Below, one piece after another: positions 11,182-21,377 of a stretch of DNA of 64,000 nt. Source of the DNA: Deltaproteobacteria bacterium (GTDB lineage Bacteria; Desulfobacterota; GWC2-55-46; DRQE01); contig JAJRSM010000048.1 of NCBI GenBank assembly GCA_024278765.1, positions 2,266 to 66,265 of the forward strand, written 5' to 3'. A model generated the notes under the pieces. That model ran no database searches. It worked only from the letters and a program-made list of their open reading frames with translations, and was not told the origin of the DNA. Numbering within the stretch: position 1 is the stretch's first letter; each line of letters opens with the position of its first letter. The position numbers and the translations under genes are program-made.

Positions 11182-11498
11182 CTTAATTCACACTACTCCT
11201 TAGTTTGTTTTGCCTCTTTTCTGCCGCATATAAAAACGCACCCCTGTACGTCTTTAAAAAAATAAAGGACCACCCGTAACTATCGCAGGGATCAATTGCC
11301 AAGACCACGCGTATTGCATCACGGCGTAGTGCCGGCCTAAACACCTTTATACTACTAGAGAGACTTGCATTAATAAGCCTCCTGTCTTTTTACAGTAAGG
11401 TCACGAGACAACCCTAACCCACGCCATAAAAAAACAGAGACCATATAAAACCACAGGCCTTTACCAGAGATACCCCCCGACAAACGCCACGTGGCGAT
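11182..11498 (-). promoter_or_regulatory. rpsO-pnp intergenic leader (317 nt); by analogy it should hold the rpsO terminator and the pnp autoregulatory leader
   Basis: A long untranslated gap between rpsO and pnp, as in other bacteria where RNase III and PNPase control pnp mRNA. The structure was not resolved by eye. Confidence 0.4.
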
Positions 11499-11765
11499 TT
11501 ATTTTCTTAGACCAAGTTCCTTGATAAGGTTCTTATACCTGGCCAGATCCTTCTTCTTAAGATAATCAAGAAGCCTTCTCCTCTGCCCAACCATCTTAAG
11601 GAGTCCTCTCCTTGAATGATGATCCGCGCGATGCGTCTTAAGATGATCACCAAGATACCCTATCCTACCTGTTAAAAGAGCTACCTGTACCTCAGGTGAA
11701 CCCGTATCCGACTCATGTGTTTTGTACTTGCTAATTACCTCTTTCTTGGTTTCTGCTGTAAACAT
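11499..11765 (-). CDS. rpsO: 30S ribosomal protein S15
   Basis: 88-aa protein [35 protein letters not shown]...[24 protein letters not shown], a clear S15. Confidence 0.97.
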   Translation of the reverse strand: MFTAETKKEVISKYKTHESDTGSPEVQVALLTGRIGYLGDHLKTHRADHHSRRGLLKMVGQRRRLLDYLKKKDLARYKNLIKELGLRK

Positions 11766-11852
11766 TTACCTCTACTGCCTCCCTTCTTTTCTTTCTTTTG
11801 TTTTTGTTTTTATATTATTTAAGACAATGCCGACTCATGGCGGCTTTGTCTA

Positions 11853-12575
11853 TTATTCACTTACTTCTATACTGCCGGGGCTCGATTTAATACCTTCCAG
11901 CAACTCATCAAGCGGCATAACGGCAGATATCAGATCTTGGCGTTTAAGGTTAAGCTCGACGGCATCTTTTATAGTAAAATTGCCGCTTCTGGTCCTCTTA
12001 AGTGTTACCAGATGCGCACCCACTCCGAGCTCTACGCCAGCGTCATGGCATATCGACCGAACATAAGTACCGCGCGAGGTCGCTACCCTGAACTCGACAT
12101 ATGGCATATCTATATCCAAGATCTCTAGCTCAAAGACCTCTACCTGCTTTGCCGCACGTTCAACGACAACGCCTTTCCTTGCCAGCTTATAAAGAGGCAC
12201 TCCGCCCTGCTTAACTGCCGAGAACATAGGAGGCACCTGATCTATCTTACCAATAAAAGCCTTCAAAACTCTCTCGACATCTTCTTTCTTTATATCACCG
12301 ACCTCAGACTCAGCCACGACCTTACCCTGCGCGTCATAGGTATCGGTTGATTCACCAAGCTTCATCCGGGCAATATATTCTTTAACGCCACCCTGGAAGA
12401 CCGTCGCAAACTTGGTCGCGCGGTTTATCACAAGCGGCAAGACCCCTGTAGCCAGAGGATCAAGCGTGCCGAGATGGCCGACCTTCTTTGCGCCAAGCCT
12501 GCGCTTGACCGTCGCAACGACATCATGCGAGGTCATCCCGCCGGGCTTATCAACTACAAGTACACCTTCAATCAT
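11853..12575 (-). CDS. truB: tRNA pseudouridine(55) synthase TruB
   Basis: VLVVDKPGGMTSHDVV...GHLGTLDPLATGVLPL catalytic Asp motif. Synteny with rbfA and rpsO. Confidence 0.95.
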   Translation of the reverse strand: MIEGVLVVDKPGGMTSHDVVATVKRRLGAKKVGHLGTLDPLATGVLPLVINRATKFATVFQGGVKEYIARMKLGESTDTYDAQGKVVAESEVGDIKKEDVERVLKAFIGKIDQVPPMFSAVKQGGVPLYKLARKGVVVERAAKQVEVFELEILDIDMPYVEFRVATSRGTYVRSICHDAGVELGVGAHLVTLKRTRSGNFTIKDAVELNLKRQDLISAVMPLDELLEGIKSSPGSIEVSE

Positions 12576-12608
12576 AACAACAAGACTCCTGAATCCTCTG
12601 AAATTCTT

Positions 12609-13595
12609 CTAGGCCAGTGCCTTATCTACAGCCATTCTAAGCTCGCTTAAAACTCTGGAGCTTACATCATCATAATCGCCTTTAACGGCACAGCCTGCGG
12701 CATTTTTATGACCGCCTCCTCCAAAAGATAGCGCGACACTTGAGACGTCGACTCTCCCCTTGGACCTCATGCTGATCTTAAACGTACCGTCGCCGACCTC
12801 TCTAAAGAGCACACCGACCTCGACATCTTTAATAGCCCTTGCATAGTTGACAAAGCCGTCTACCAGATCCCTATTACCACCGACCTTATCCAAGAGATCA
12901 AGCGTTACCTGCAGACTCGCGATATGACTATCTTCTGATATATCAAGGGTCAGCAACACCAGAGCAAGTGCCTCAAAGCGCTTTGCAGGGAAGTTCTCGT
13001 ATACATTCATCGATACTTCCCAGGGCTTTGCACCGTAACCTACCAGCTCCCCGGCCTTACGAAAGGCCTCGGGTGTGGCCGAACTATAACGAAAAGACCC
13101 TGTATCGGTATGGATCGCAGTATAAAGATTGGTCGCGACATCCTCGGTTATAACGGCATCTGCGGCCCTTAACAGGTCATAGACGACCTCGCCTGCGGCA
13201 CTGGCCGTAGGCTCGACTATATTTAAAACTCCAAAATTATCATTGGTCGCGTGATGGTCAAGGTTTATGAGTTTCCCCTTACCGGCAAAAGCCATAAAGT
13301 TATCACCTAACCGCTCGATCTGACCACAATCAACGGCAAAGGTCACATCAAAAGGGGCTTCGCCATCAAGCGTATGCACGACCGTCTCACTGCCCGGCAA
13401 AAAAGAACATAGATCAGGGATAGGATCTTCCAGATATGCCACCACGTCCTTACCCATCTCTCGCAGAGCAAGGGCAAGCCCTAGGTTTGAGCCTACGGCA
13501 TCTGCCTCAGGGCTTACGTGAGAGACGACCATAAATCTCTGGCCCTTTTCAATCTCTTCTATAATTTCTACAAATCTGTTATCTTCCATATCCAA
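12609..13595 (-). CDS. nrnA: DHH/DHHA1 phosphoesterase, NrnA-like bifunctional oligoribonuclease / pAp phosphatase
   Basis: DHH motifs (VVSHVSPEADAVGS, NLDHHATN) and a DHHA1 C-terminus (GGGHKNAAG). It is inserted between rbfA and truB, as in many genomes. Confidence 0.85.
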   Translation of the reverse strand: MDMEDNRFVEIIEEIEKGQRFMVVSHVSPEADAVGSNLGLALALREMGKDVVAYLEDPIPDLCSFLPGSETVVHTLDGEAPFDVTFAVDCGQIERLGDNFMAFAGKGKLINLDHHATNDNFGVLNIVEPTASAAGEVVYDLLRAADAVITEDVATNLYTAIHTDTGSFRYSSATPEAFRKAGELVGYGAKPWEVSMNVYENFPAKRFEALALVLLTLDISEDSHIASLQVTLDLLDKVGGNRDLVDGFVNYARAIKDVEVGVLFREVGDGTFKISMRSKGRVDVSSVALSFGGGGHKNAAGCAVKGDYDDVSSRVLSELRMAVDKALA

Positions 13596-13606
13596 ACAGG
13601 CAAGAG

Positions 13607-14020
13607 CTATCCCTCTTCCTGCTCCTCTACAACACTGTCGGTGTCACTACCAGGACCATTGCCTTCCATATCATTATTATCTATATCATTAAGTAACTCT
13701 TCAATACGCATCGAGTACTCAAGCGAATCGTCAACCACAAAAGAGATCTCAGGGATGTATTTGAGCTGTACCTTCTTGGCAAGAGTGCGCCTGATATAGC
13801 CACGAGCTCTGTTAAGTGCATGCCCGGTCTGCCTAATTGTTTTTTCATCGCCCATCACGCTAAAATAAATCCTTGCGTGCTTCATATCAGGGCTTAACTT
13901 TACCCGGGTAATGGTTACAAAACCTATCTTTGGGTCTTTGATCTCACCTTGCAGCAACATGGAGGCAACCTCCTGAGCTACAAGATCCCCCACCCTATCC
14001 GAACGTTTATATTTATGCAA
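13607..14020 (-). CDS. rbfA: Ribosome-binding factor A, with an acidic C-terminal tail
   Basis: RSDRVGDLVAQEVASML...FVTITRVKLSPDMKHARIYFSV is a KH-like RbfA fold. An extra acidic tail (DNNDMEGNGPGSDTDSVVEEQEEG) follows. Confidence 0.93.
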   Translation of the reverse strand: MHKYKRSDRVGDLVAQEVASMLLQGEIKDPKIGFVTITRVKLSPDMKHARIYFSVMGDEKTIRQTGHALNRARGYIRRTLAKKVQLKYIPEISFVVDDSLEYSMRIEELLNDIDNNDMEGNGPGSDTDSVVEEQEEG

Positions 14021-14071
14021 CTGCTGCCCCTATCCCCCGGATAACCATTACGCAGCCAACCAAGATCAGCA

Positions 14072-16381
14072 CTAGAGCTTGGCAGCCTCTTCCTTTATAA
14101 TATAGGCCTCGATAACATCGCCGACCTTAATATCATTATATCCCTCAATACCAATACCGCACTCGTAACCCGAGGCGACTTCCTTGGTATCTTCCTTAAA
14201 TCTCTTAAGAGATGAGATAGATCCCTCATAGATAACTACGCTATCTCTTACGAGCCTTACCTTTGCATTCCTCGAGACCTTACCATCGGTAACGTAAGAT
14301 CCTGCGATAGTACCGACCTTGGTCACCCTGAAGACCTCTCGAACCTCTACGGTTCCTATAGTCTCCTCACGGATGATCGGCTCAAGCAGACCTTCCATAG
14401 CATTATGGATATCATCGGTGAGGTTATAGATAATATTATATAACCTCATATCAACGCTCTCTCTGGCGCAGACCTGAGTTGCATTGACATCTGGTCTTAC
14501 GTTAAAGCCGATAATAATAGCATTAGAGGCCGAGGCGAGCATAACATCGCCCTCGTTAATACCACCGACCGCGTTATGAATAACCTTAAGCCCGACCTTC
14601 TCCGTAGAGAGCTTCAGGAGCGCGTCACGAACAGCCTCCATAGAGCCCTGAACATCGGCCTTTAGTACGACATTAAACTCCTTTACCTCACCGGCTGTAA
14701 TCTGCTCGTAAAGATCTGCAAGACTTATCTTCGAGCTCGATGCCTGCTCCAACTCACGCGCCTTTCTCTGACGCATATTGGTTATCTGCCTAGCCGTTGC
14801 TTCATCTTTGACCGCACTGAAAGTATCCCCTGCTGTCGGCACGCCCGAAAGCCCGAGGATCTTGACAGGCATAGAAGGCCCTGCCTCTTTAACGCGATTA
14901 CCCCAATCGCTAATCATAGCTCTTATCTTACCAAAGTGCTCGCCTGCGACACATGTATCACCGACCTTAAGTGTACCGTTCTGGATAAGCACGGTGGCGA
15001 CAGGCCCCTTGCCCTTGTCAAGCCTTGACTCAACAACAATACCACTAGCAGGGATACCTACGTTGGCCTTAAGCTCTAGGATCTCGGCCTGTAGCAGGAT
15101 CATCTCAAGCAAGCCGGTTATATTCTGCTCTTTTTTGGCAGATACCTCAACAAAGATAGTATCTCCGCCCCAGTCCTCACTGACAAGACCGAACTCGGTC
15201 AAAGATTGCCTGATTTTTTCCGGATTTGCCTCAGGAAGGTCTATTTTATTGATTGCCACAATTATCGGAACATCTGCGGCCTTGGCATGATTTATCGCCT
15301 CTATGGTCTGCGGCATCACTCCGTCATTTGCAGCTACAACAAGTACGACTATATCTGTTGCCTTCGCCCCTCTTGCCCTCATTGCGGTAAAGGCCTCATG
15401 GCCCGGAGTATCAAGGAATGTCACATCACCTTTGTCCAGATGCACATGGTACGCACCTATATGCTGGGTGATGCCACCGGCCTCACCGCTTGCAACCGTT
15501 GTCTTACGTATGGCATCCAGCAGCGAGGTCTTACCATGATCGACATGACCCATTACAGTAACGACCGGCGCGCGAAGATCACCCTCGCCGAGGTCTTCAG
15601 GATTAATGCCAGCCTCCAGCAGTGTCTCCTCCTGCAAGGCCACGCTCTCTACTTCATAGTCATAGTTCTGTGCGATTATCGTCGCCGACTCAATATCAAG
15701 GGTCTGATTGACGGTCGCCATGATACCGAGATCCATCAACTTCCTTATAATCTCATTGGCCTTTACACCGATCTTCTGAGAGAACTCAGCGACACTTATG
15801 GCCTCTGCTATCTTTACAACCCTCTTCTCGGTCCTAGTAACCGTAATCTCTGTCTTCTTAAGCTCTCTGGCAGGAGATATATTAGACCTTCTCCTGTTAT
15901 CACGCATCTGATAACGCTTACCCCTGCGATACATCTGTTTGCCGGGGAAGGTCTTATCTACCTTCTTCACCTCTTTATTAAATACCTTTACCTCACGCTT
16001 GGCCTTGCCCTTATCCTTATCACGGCTATCCTCGCGCACACCATCTGCCTGCACAGGCTTTGCCTCAGGCGACTTGCCCGACGTATCGGCCTTCTTTGCA
16101 AAGGCCTTTGCCGGTTTTTCGCCCCGAGCCTCGGTTGCAGAAGGTTGTACGGAAGCCTCTGCGCCCTCGCCTACCTTTGGCTCGACCTCGACCTTCGACT
16201 CTGGCGCAACGACGACCTCTGGGGCAGCTGCTGCAAGTTCCGCAGCTTCTGCCGCCTTAACGGCTTGTTCTGCAGCTGCCTTCTCCTCTGGAGTCGACTT
16301 TACCTTGCGCCTACGTATAACAGTCTTCTTTATACGTTTTTCTACGACCTTACCTTTTAACTCTATCTCTTTTTCAGTCAT
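14072..16381 (-). CDS. infB: Translation initiation factor IF-2
   Basis: 769 aa. Low-complexity K/A/E-rich N-terminus and G-domain motifs ([24 protein letters not shown]). Sits between ylxR and rbfA. Confidence 0.97.
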   Translation of the reverse strand: MTEKEIELKGKVVEKRIKKTVIRRRKVKSTPEEKAAAEQAVKAAEAAELAAAAPEVVVAPESKVEVEPKVGEGAEASVQPSATEARGEKPAKAFAKKADTSGKSPEAKPVQADGVREDSRDKDKGKAKREVKVFNKEVKKVDKTFPGKQMYRRGKRYQMRDNRRRSNISPARELKKTEITVTRTEKRVVKIAEAISVAEFSQKIGVKANEIIRKLMDLGIMATVNQTLDIESATIIAQNYDYEVESVALQEETLLEAGINPEDLGEGDLRAPVVTVMGHVDHGKTSLLDAIRKTTVASGEAGGITQHIGAYHVHLDKGDVTFLDTPGHEAFTAMRARGAKATDIVVLVVAANDGVMPQTIEAINHAKAADVPIIVAINKIDLPEANPEKIRQSLTEFGLVSEDWGGDTIFVEVSAKKEQNITGLLEMILLQAEILELKANVGIPASGIVVESRLDKGKGPVATVLIQNGTLKVGDTCVAGEHFGKIRAMISDWGNRVKEAGPSMPVKILGLSGVPTAGDTFSAVKDEATARQITNMRQRKARELEQASSSKISLADLYEQITAGEVKEFNVVLKADVQGSMEAVRDALLKLSTEKVGLKVIHNAVGGINEGDVMLASASNAIIIGFNVRPDVNATQVCARESVDMRLYNIIYNLTDDIHNAMEGLLEPIIREETIGTVEVREVFRVTKVGTIAGSYVTDGKVSRNAKVRLVRDSVVIYEGSISSLKRFKEDTKEVASGYECGIGIEGYNDIKVGDVIEAYIIKEEAAKL

Positions 16382-16429
16382 ATCTCTCTTTCCGGCCTGT
16401 ATCCGGAATCATTACAAGCTGATAAAAGC

Positions 16430-16768
16430 CTATCCCTTCAACCTAACCTCTTTTATTTTCTCAGTCTTTAATAGTCCCTTAGTAACGTCCTGCCAAAGTC
16501 GCTCACAAGCTGCTTCTAATAATGTTTTTCCTTCTACGCACAGGCCGGCTACTACTGCCTGCCTTGGCTTAATTTTAAGGGATCTCGCAAATACGTTCTT
16601 TTTAAAGGCCCTTAAAAAACATTCTTTATCATAACAAAGATACGCCCCTCTACCCATAACCAAACCCGAGATATCCGGTAAAAAAGTTCCGTCTTTATTA
16701 ACAAACCTTACAAGCTCCCGCTTTGCCCGCCTCGTGCCACAGCCAACACAGCTGCGCACAGGACCCAT
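16430..16768 (-). CDS. ylxR: YlxR family (DUF448) RNA-binding protein of the nusA-infB operon
   Basis: CVGCGTRRAKRELVRFV...GRGAYLC motif. Located between nusA and infB. Confidence 0.8.
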   Translation of the reverse strand: MGPVRSCVGCGTRRAKRELVRFVNKDGTFLPDISGLVMGRGAYLCYDKECFLRAFKKNVFARSLKIKPRQAVVAGLCVEGKTLLEAACERLWQDVTKGLLKTEKIKEVRLKG

Positions 16769-16770
16769 GG

Positions 16771-18096
16771 CTACTCTTGCCCGCCACCTGCAAAATCACG
16801 TGCTGCGACCTGAATAGCCTCGGCACGCTCCTGATCCAAACCCTCTATAGAGGTAAGCACCGATGGTAATACCTCTATAATTGAACCTATCGTATCATAA
16901 CCGGCAGCTGCCAAAGTCGTTAAAAGTTCTTCATCTAATGCGTCTATTGTAGCAATAACAGAGAGAGTTTCCAAACGCCTTGAGTCTTCCTCGACCTTGG
17001 CTGCAGCGGCCTGTACTTCACGAACAAGGGCCTCGTCCGGCGAGAGCGTCTCAGTGGGGCCGTCTACCTGCTCTGTCTCGGTATGGATATCAATCTTCCA
17101 TCCTGTAAGCTTTGCGGCAAGCCTGACGTTCTGTCCTTTCTTACCAATGGCCAACGAGAGCTGATCATCAGGGACGATGACCTCCATTGAATGTTCTTCC
17201 TCATCCACAACGACCTTTGTTATCTGCGCCGGGCTAAGAGCGTTCTTTGCAAGTACGGCACTCTCATCGGCCCAGTGTATAATATCTATCTTCTCTCCCT
17301 TAAGCTCCTGGACAACGGCCTGAACCCTTGAGCCCTTAACACCCACACAAGCACCGACCGGATCAACATCCATATTATTAGAGAGCACCGCTATCTTGGC
17401 CCTCTCCCCCGGTTCACGCGCGGCCCCTTTTATCTCTACTATCCCCTCATATATTTCAGGGACCTCCATCTGGAAAAGCTTTATAAGAAAACCAGGGTGC
17501 GTCCTGCTTATAACCACCTGCGGCCCTTTTGCATCTTCCCTGACCTCCAGCACCATTCCTCTGACGCGCTCGCCCTGACTATAGCTCTCGCGCCTAACCT
17601 GCTCGCGCTTTGGCAGTAAGGCCTCGGTACGACCGAGATCCACTACCATATCGCCCCTCTCGAAACGCTGAACAATACCAGTAATTATCTCACCCTTCTT
17701 CTCACTATATTCTTTAAATACTATATCACGCTCGGCCTCTCTTATCTTCTGTATAATAATCTGCTTTGCGGTCTGCGCGTCTATCCTGCCAAACTCATTA
17801 GCATTGAGTTTCACACCAAGACTATCGCCAAGCTGCGCCTCTGGATCCAGCTCCAGGCCATCTTCAAGGGTAATATGAAGATCAGGGTCCTCTACAACCT
17901 CAACGACCTCTTTAAAGACAAAGAGCTCTATCTCTCCCAACTCCTCATCATAGTGAGCCTCTATCTCTTTACCGGCACCAAATCTTTTCTCCGCGGCCTT
18001 TAAAAGCGCACTCTCCAGAGCCTCGATAAGAACATCCTTATCTATCCCCTTATCCTTCTCTACCTGCTCTATAATCTGTACTAGATTGGCAAACAT
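16771..18096 (-). CDS. nusA: Transcription termination/antitermination factor NusA
   Basis: 441 aa with S1 and two KH domains (GMVLEVREDAKGPQVVISRTHP..., GACVGVKGSRVQAVVQELKGEKIDI). Confidence 0.97.
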   Translation of the reverse strand: MFANLVQIIEQVEKDKGIDKDVLIEALESALLKAAEKRFGAGKEIEAHYDEELGEIELFVFKEVVEVVEDPDLHITLEDGLELDPEAQLGDSLGVKLNANEFGRIDAQTAKQIIIQKIREAERDIVFKEYSEKKGEIITGIVQRFERGDMVVDLGRTEALLPKREQVRRESYSQGERVRGMVLEVREDAKGPQVVISRTHPGFLIKLFQMEVPEIYEGIVEIKGAAREPGERAKIAVLSNNMDVDPVGACVGVKGSRVQAVVQELKGEKIDIIHWADESAVLAKNALSPAQITKVVVDEEEHSMEVIVPDDQLSLAIGKKGQNVRLAAKLTGWKIDIHTETEQVDGPTETLSPDEALVREVQAAAAKVEEDSRRLETLSVIATIDALDEELLTTLAAAGYDTIGSIIEVLPSVLTSIEGLDQERAEAIQVAARDFAGGGQE

Positions 18097-18145
18097 CTCT
18101 TTGCTCTCCTCCTGCCGCCCTCGGGCGGCCTACGTCTATATAAAA

Positions 18146-18622
18146 TTACAGGACTACTTCTAGCCTTGCTTTATCAATATTGTCAAATTCTACGGTCCAG
18201 TATTCTTCATCTATATCTTTTAACTCTACAGAGCTTTCACCAACGGTCTCGACCGTCACCAGAAAATTACGCCTGTTAAGTACAGGCTCTTTCGTCCTGA
18301 GCTTGATCTTCTTACCCACGGCCTCCAGAAAATCTTCACGTTTCTTAAGCCTTCTATCCAACCCGGGAGAAGATACCTCCAAGTTGTAATGGTCCGGCAC
18401 AATATCATCGACATCAAAGATAGTACTTAACTCGTGGCTAAGATCAGCACAGTTCTCAAGTGTAATACCCTCTGGTGTATCAATAGTTACGCGAAGTATC
18501 TTCCTGCCGTCCTCGCTCGTATACTCGACATCTACAAGCTCCAACCCTAACCCCTGCGCCACTGGTTCAGCGAGCTTAAAGGCCTTATCTTCCAAGACGT
18601 CTGTGTTTACCTGTGTACTCAA
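18146..18622 (-). CDS. rimP: Ribosome maturation factor RimP
   Basis: LAEPVAQGLGLELVDVEY...LEVSSPGLDRRLK matches RimP. The track start at 18673 runs through a terminator hairpin. A TTG at 18622 preceded by GGAGAG is the more likely start. Confidence 0.85.
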   Translation of the reverse strand: MSTQVNTDVLEDKAFKLAEPVAQGLGLELVDVEYTSEDGRKILRVTIDTPEGITLENCADLSHELSTIFDVDDIVPDHYNLEVSSPGLDRRLKKREDFLEAVGKKIKLRTKEPVLNRRNFLVTVETVGESSVELKDIDEEYWTVEFDNIDKARLEVVL

Positions 18623-18660
18623 AAAAACTCTCCGAAAACCTTTAAAAGACCCAATAATGC

Positions 18661-18682
18661 AAAAAGTGGGCAAAAGCCCACT
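18661..18682 (-). terminator. Intrinsic terminator between the capA-family gene and rimP
   Basis: AGTGGGC-aaaa-GCCCACT hairpin (18665-18682). On the minus strand it is followed by TTTTT (plus A5 at 18661-18665). Confidence 0.6.
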
Positions 18683-18831
18683 TCTTAATTAGTCAATCTA
18701 ACACATAACCCCTTTGTCTGCAAGCGGAATTATGGTATCGCAAGCTCAGCCTATATCAACCCGAAAAGTAAAAATACAACACAGAGAAGCCGTAAATAAA
18801 CCGCCCTTTATCCTGCTTTTTATCACTAATC

Positions 18832-20037
18832 TTATCTTACTCTGGCAGCATCGATTATACACTTACGAGCCTCCTGATCAAATACTATAGTCCCGTCAAA
18901 CTCACCGCCGATTTCAACCATAGTACCGAGCCCTGCGGAATCATCAGCAATACGCCCGTATGCCTGCATTGCCAGTAATCCCTCAAGCGGGCGCGGAGCA
19001 AACTGTACGATGCGATTGTCGACCTCAAGCGGAACGACACGCGCCGATGCAATACCATAGCCTGCGTCATGGCCAGTGCCTTGCCGGGTAAAAACAATAT
19101 TCGCGTACATTCCCCCAACCTCTTTAGGGCTATAAAAACCAAATACAAAATTACCAAGGCTATAAAATATAACCCCTGATTTATAGACCTCTACAGGCTG
19201 GATGACATGAGGGTGATGCCCTATAATCACCTGCGCACCACTGTCGATTGCAAGATGTGCGAGCTCGCGCTGATAATCTTTAGGAAGCCTCATCCTCTCC
19301 GCTCCCCAGTGAAAGGCAACTATCACGATATCAGCAGAGGCCCGCGCGGCCTTTATATCTTTAACTAAAAACTTCTTATAACCTGGAGCTGTTCCTGCCC
19401 TATCTTTTGTCGCATAAAACTCTACAGGGAAGGTCTTTGAATACGACAGCACAGCAATCTTTACCGTATCACTGCCAACCTCCTTCACAAAAATCGCAGG
19501 CCTTCTGGCCGCTGCCAGATCCGCACCAGCCCCTGCGTACCCAAGCCCTTCCTTATCCAAAAGCTCTATAGTCTCCAGAAGAGCACTGGCACCGTAGTCC
19601 ACCATATGATTATTAGCAAGAGAGAAGATATCAATGCCAGAGGCCTTAAGGGAGGCAACCGCCGAGGGCGGGGCCTTAAGAATATACTTCTTTTCCATAA
19701 AAGGCTCGTCTGATTCTGTAAGCGGTGATTCCAGATTCCCTATCGCAAGGTCTGCGTCCGTTAAAACGCCACCCATCATTGAGTAAGGATAAGCAGCACC
19801 TTTCTTATCCAGAAAACTCACGGCACGTTCGCCAAGGAAGATATCGCCGACAGCAACTACAGTAATACTACCATCTGGGCCGTAGCCATCACCGGCCTTT
19901 TCGGCAAAGACTACGCCAGCCATCACCAAAACAGAAACAAAGGCCGTAACGACAAAAACGACCCCTACCCTAACACCTGAAAAAAAACAATTGCCGACTC
20001 TGCTGAAAAAAATATTCATCATCTTTAAATTAATCAC
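18832..20037 (-). CDS. CapA/PgsA-family metallophosphatase with an N-terminal membrane anchor
   Basis: VVAVGDIFLGER...NLESPLT...NNHMVDYG...VVAFHWGAE...IIGHHPHVIQP...YSLGNFVF are calcineurin-like CapA motifs. No capB or capC is nearby. Confidence 0.8.
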   Translation of the reverse strand: MINLKMMNIFFSRVGNCFFSGVRVGVVFVVTAFVSVLVMAGVVFAEKAGDGYGPDGSITVVAVGDIFLGERAVSFLDKKGAAYPYSMMGGVLTDADLAIGNLESPLTESDEPFMEKKYILKAPPSAVASLKASGIDIFSLANNHMVDYGASALLETIELLDKEGLGYAGAGADLAAARRPAIFVKEVGSDTVKIAVLSYSKTFPVEFYATKDRAGTAPGYKKFLVKDIKAARASADIVIVAFHWGAERMRLPKDYQRELAHLAIDSGAQVIIGHHPHVIQPVEVYKSGVIFYSLGNFVFGFYSPKEVGGMYANIVFTRQGTGHDAGYGIASARVVPLEVDNRIVQFAPRPLEGLLAMQAYGRIADDSAGLGTMVEIGGEFDGTIVFDQEARKCIIDAARVR

Positions 20038-20052
20038 CCCTCTAAATACATC

Positions 20053-20106
20053 AAAAAAAAACGACGCCTTGGTCTATCAAAGTATAACTGATAACCAAGC
20101 GCGTCG
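20053..20106 (-). terminator. Intrinsic terminator downstream of the first cyclophilin gene
   Basis: Minus-strand CGACGCGCTTGGT...ACCAAGGCGTCG stem of about 12 bp, followed by a T9-10 run (plus A9 at 20053-20061). Confidence 0.65.
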
Positions 20107-20133
20107 CTAATTAAAAACCACTATATATATTTT

Positions 20134-20631
20134 TTAGTCTTCGATGATGACCTTCATCTCGACCCTATCGTCAGGCATATCGCGACTATCTCTAGGCAGT
20201 GCGACGATCTCGTCAGCAACCTCAAGACCACTTGTCAACTCACCAAAAACAGTATACTGACCGTCCAAAAACGAGGCGTCGCCAACAACTACAAAGAACT
20301 GCGAGCCCGCACTGTTGGGGTCGTTACTCCTTGCCATCGATAAGATCCCCTTGCGGTGCGGGGTATCACTGAACTCCGCGTCTACCGTATGATCGGGGCC
20401 TCCCATGCCATAGGTCGCTTTATTGTCGCCCTTTGTATTCGGGTCTCCACCCTGGATCATAAAACCGGGAATAACCCTATGAAATATCGTCCCGTCGTAA
20501 AAGCCCTCTTTAGCCAACTTTATAAAGTTCTCAACATGTTTAGGTGCTTTATCATGGAAAAACCGTGCCTCCATCTTTCCAAACTTTGTCTCTATTGTCG
20601 CTTTTACGTCACTCAACTTCCTTACCTCCAT
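20134..20631 (-). CDS. ppiB: Cyclophilin-type peptidyl-prolyl cis-trans isomerase, cytoplasmic form
   Basis: HRVIPGFMIQGGDPNTKG...FFVVVG cyclophilin signature. No signal peptide. Confidence 0.92.
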   Translation of the reverse strand: MEVRKLSDVKATIETKFGKMEARFFHDKAPKHVENFIKLAKEGFYDGTIFHRVIPGFMIQGGDPNTKGDNKATYGMGGPDHTVDAEFSDTPHRKGILSMARSNDPNSAGSQFFVVVGDASFLDGQYTVFGELTSGLEVADEIVALPRDSRDMPDDRVEMKVIIED

Positions 20632-20733
20632 AAATGTTACTCTACCGATGAAACCTTGCCTAAAGCCAGACCCGAAGCAGTAAAGAAACTTTCATATTTT
20701 AATTTTTATCCGTTAAATATAAATACCCGCCCG

Positions 20734-21330
20734 CTACTTTATTATAACCTTCATCTCGATCCGCTCTCTGGGCATATCTCTGCTATCTCTAGGTAGGGCA
20801 ACTATGCTTTCAGCGACCTCAATGCCGCTGATTAGATCGCCAAAGACAGTGTACTTGCCGTCCAGAAACGACGCATTGCCAACGACTATAAAGAACTGCG
20901 AGCCCGCACTATCAGGGTCGTTACTCCTTGCCATCGACAAAACCCCCTTCTTATGACGAGTATTGGTAAACTCAGCGTCTATCGTATAGCCCGGACCACC
21001 CATACCATAGGTCGCTGTATTAGCTCCCTTTGTATTCGGGTCTCCTCCCTGAATAACAAAACCCGGAATCACCCTGTGAAAGATTGTCCCGTCGTAAAAA
21101 CCCTCTTTGGCCAGCTTTATAAAGTTCTTCACATGGTTAGGTGCTTTATCAGGATAAAACCTAACCTGCATCTTCCCGAACTTTGTCTCTATGATAGCCG
21201 TTGCCTTACCAAGCTGTTTCAGCTCCTTGGCCGTTATATTACCACCCTCTGCCTGGCTCAGTGCGGGGGTAAATACCGCAACAAAACCAAAAAATAAAAC
21301 TACAGCTAAAACCCTTGCAAAACCCCTCAT
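20734..21330 (-). CDS. ppiA: Cyclophilin-type peptidyl-prolyl cis-trans isomerase, periplasmic form with signal peptide
   Basis: Paralog of the upstream gene (about 75% identical core). It carries an N-terminal signal MRGFARVLAVVLFFGFVAVFTPALSQA. Confidence 0.92.
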   Translation of the reverse strand: MRGFARVLAVVLFFGFVAVFTPALSQAEGGNITAKELKQLGKATAIIETKFGKMQVRFYPDKAPNHVKNFIKLAKEGFYDGTIFHRVIPGFVIQGGDPNTKGANTATYGMGGPGYTIDAEFTNTRHKKGVLSMARSNDPDSAGSQFFIVVGNASFLDGKYTVFGDLISGIEVAESIVALPRDSRDMPRERIEMKVIIK

Positions 21331-21377
21331 ATCCTTAGTGCCTCCTTAAGAAAATATAATCAGAACTAATAATCATA

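Noticed and set aside
14778-16634. Long antisense ORFs inside infB (15206..16360, 384 aa; 15939..16634, 231 aa; and others)
   Set aside because: They are on the opposite strand of a near-certain IF-2 gene. They are Cys/Leu/Arg-rich low-complexity translations typical of antisense frames in mid-GC DNA.
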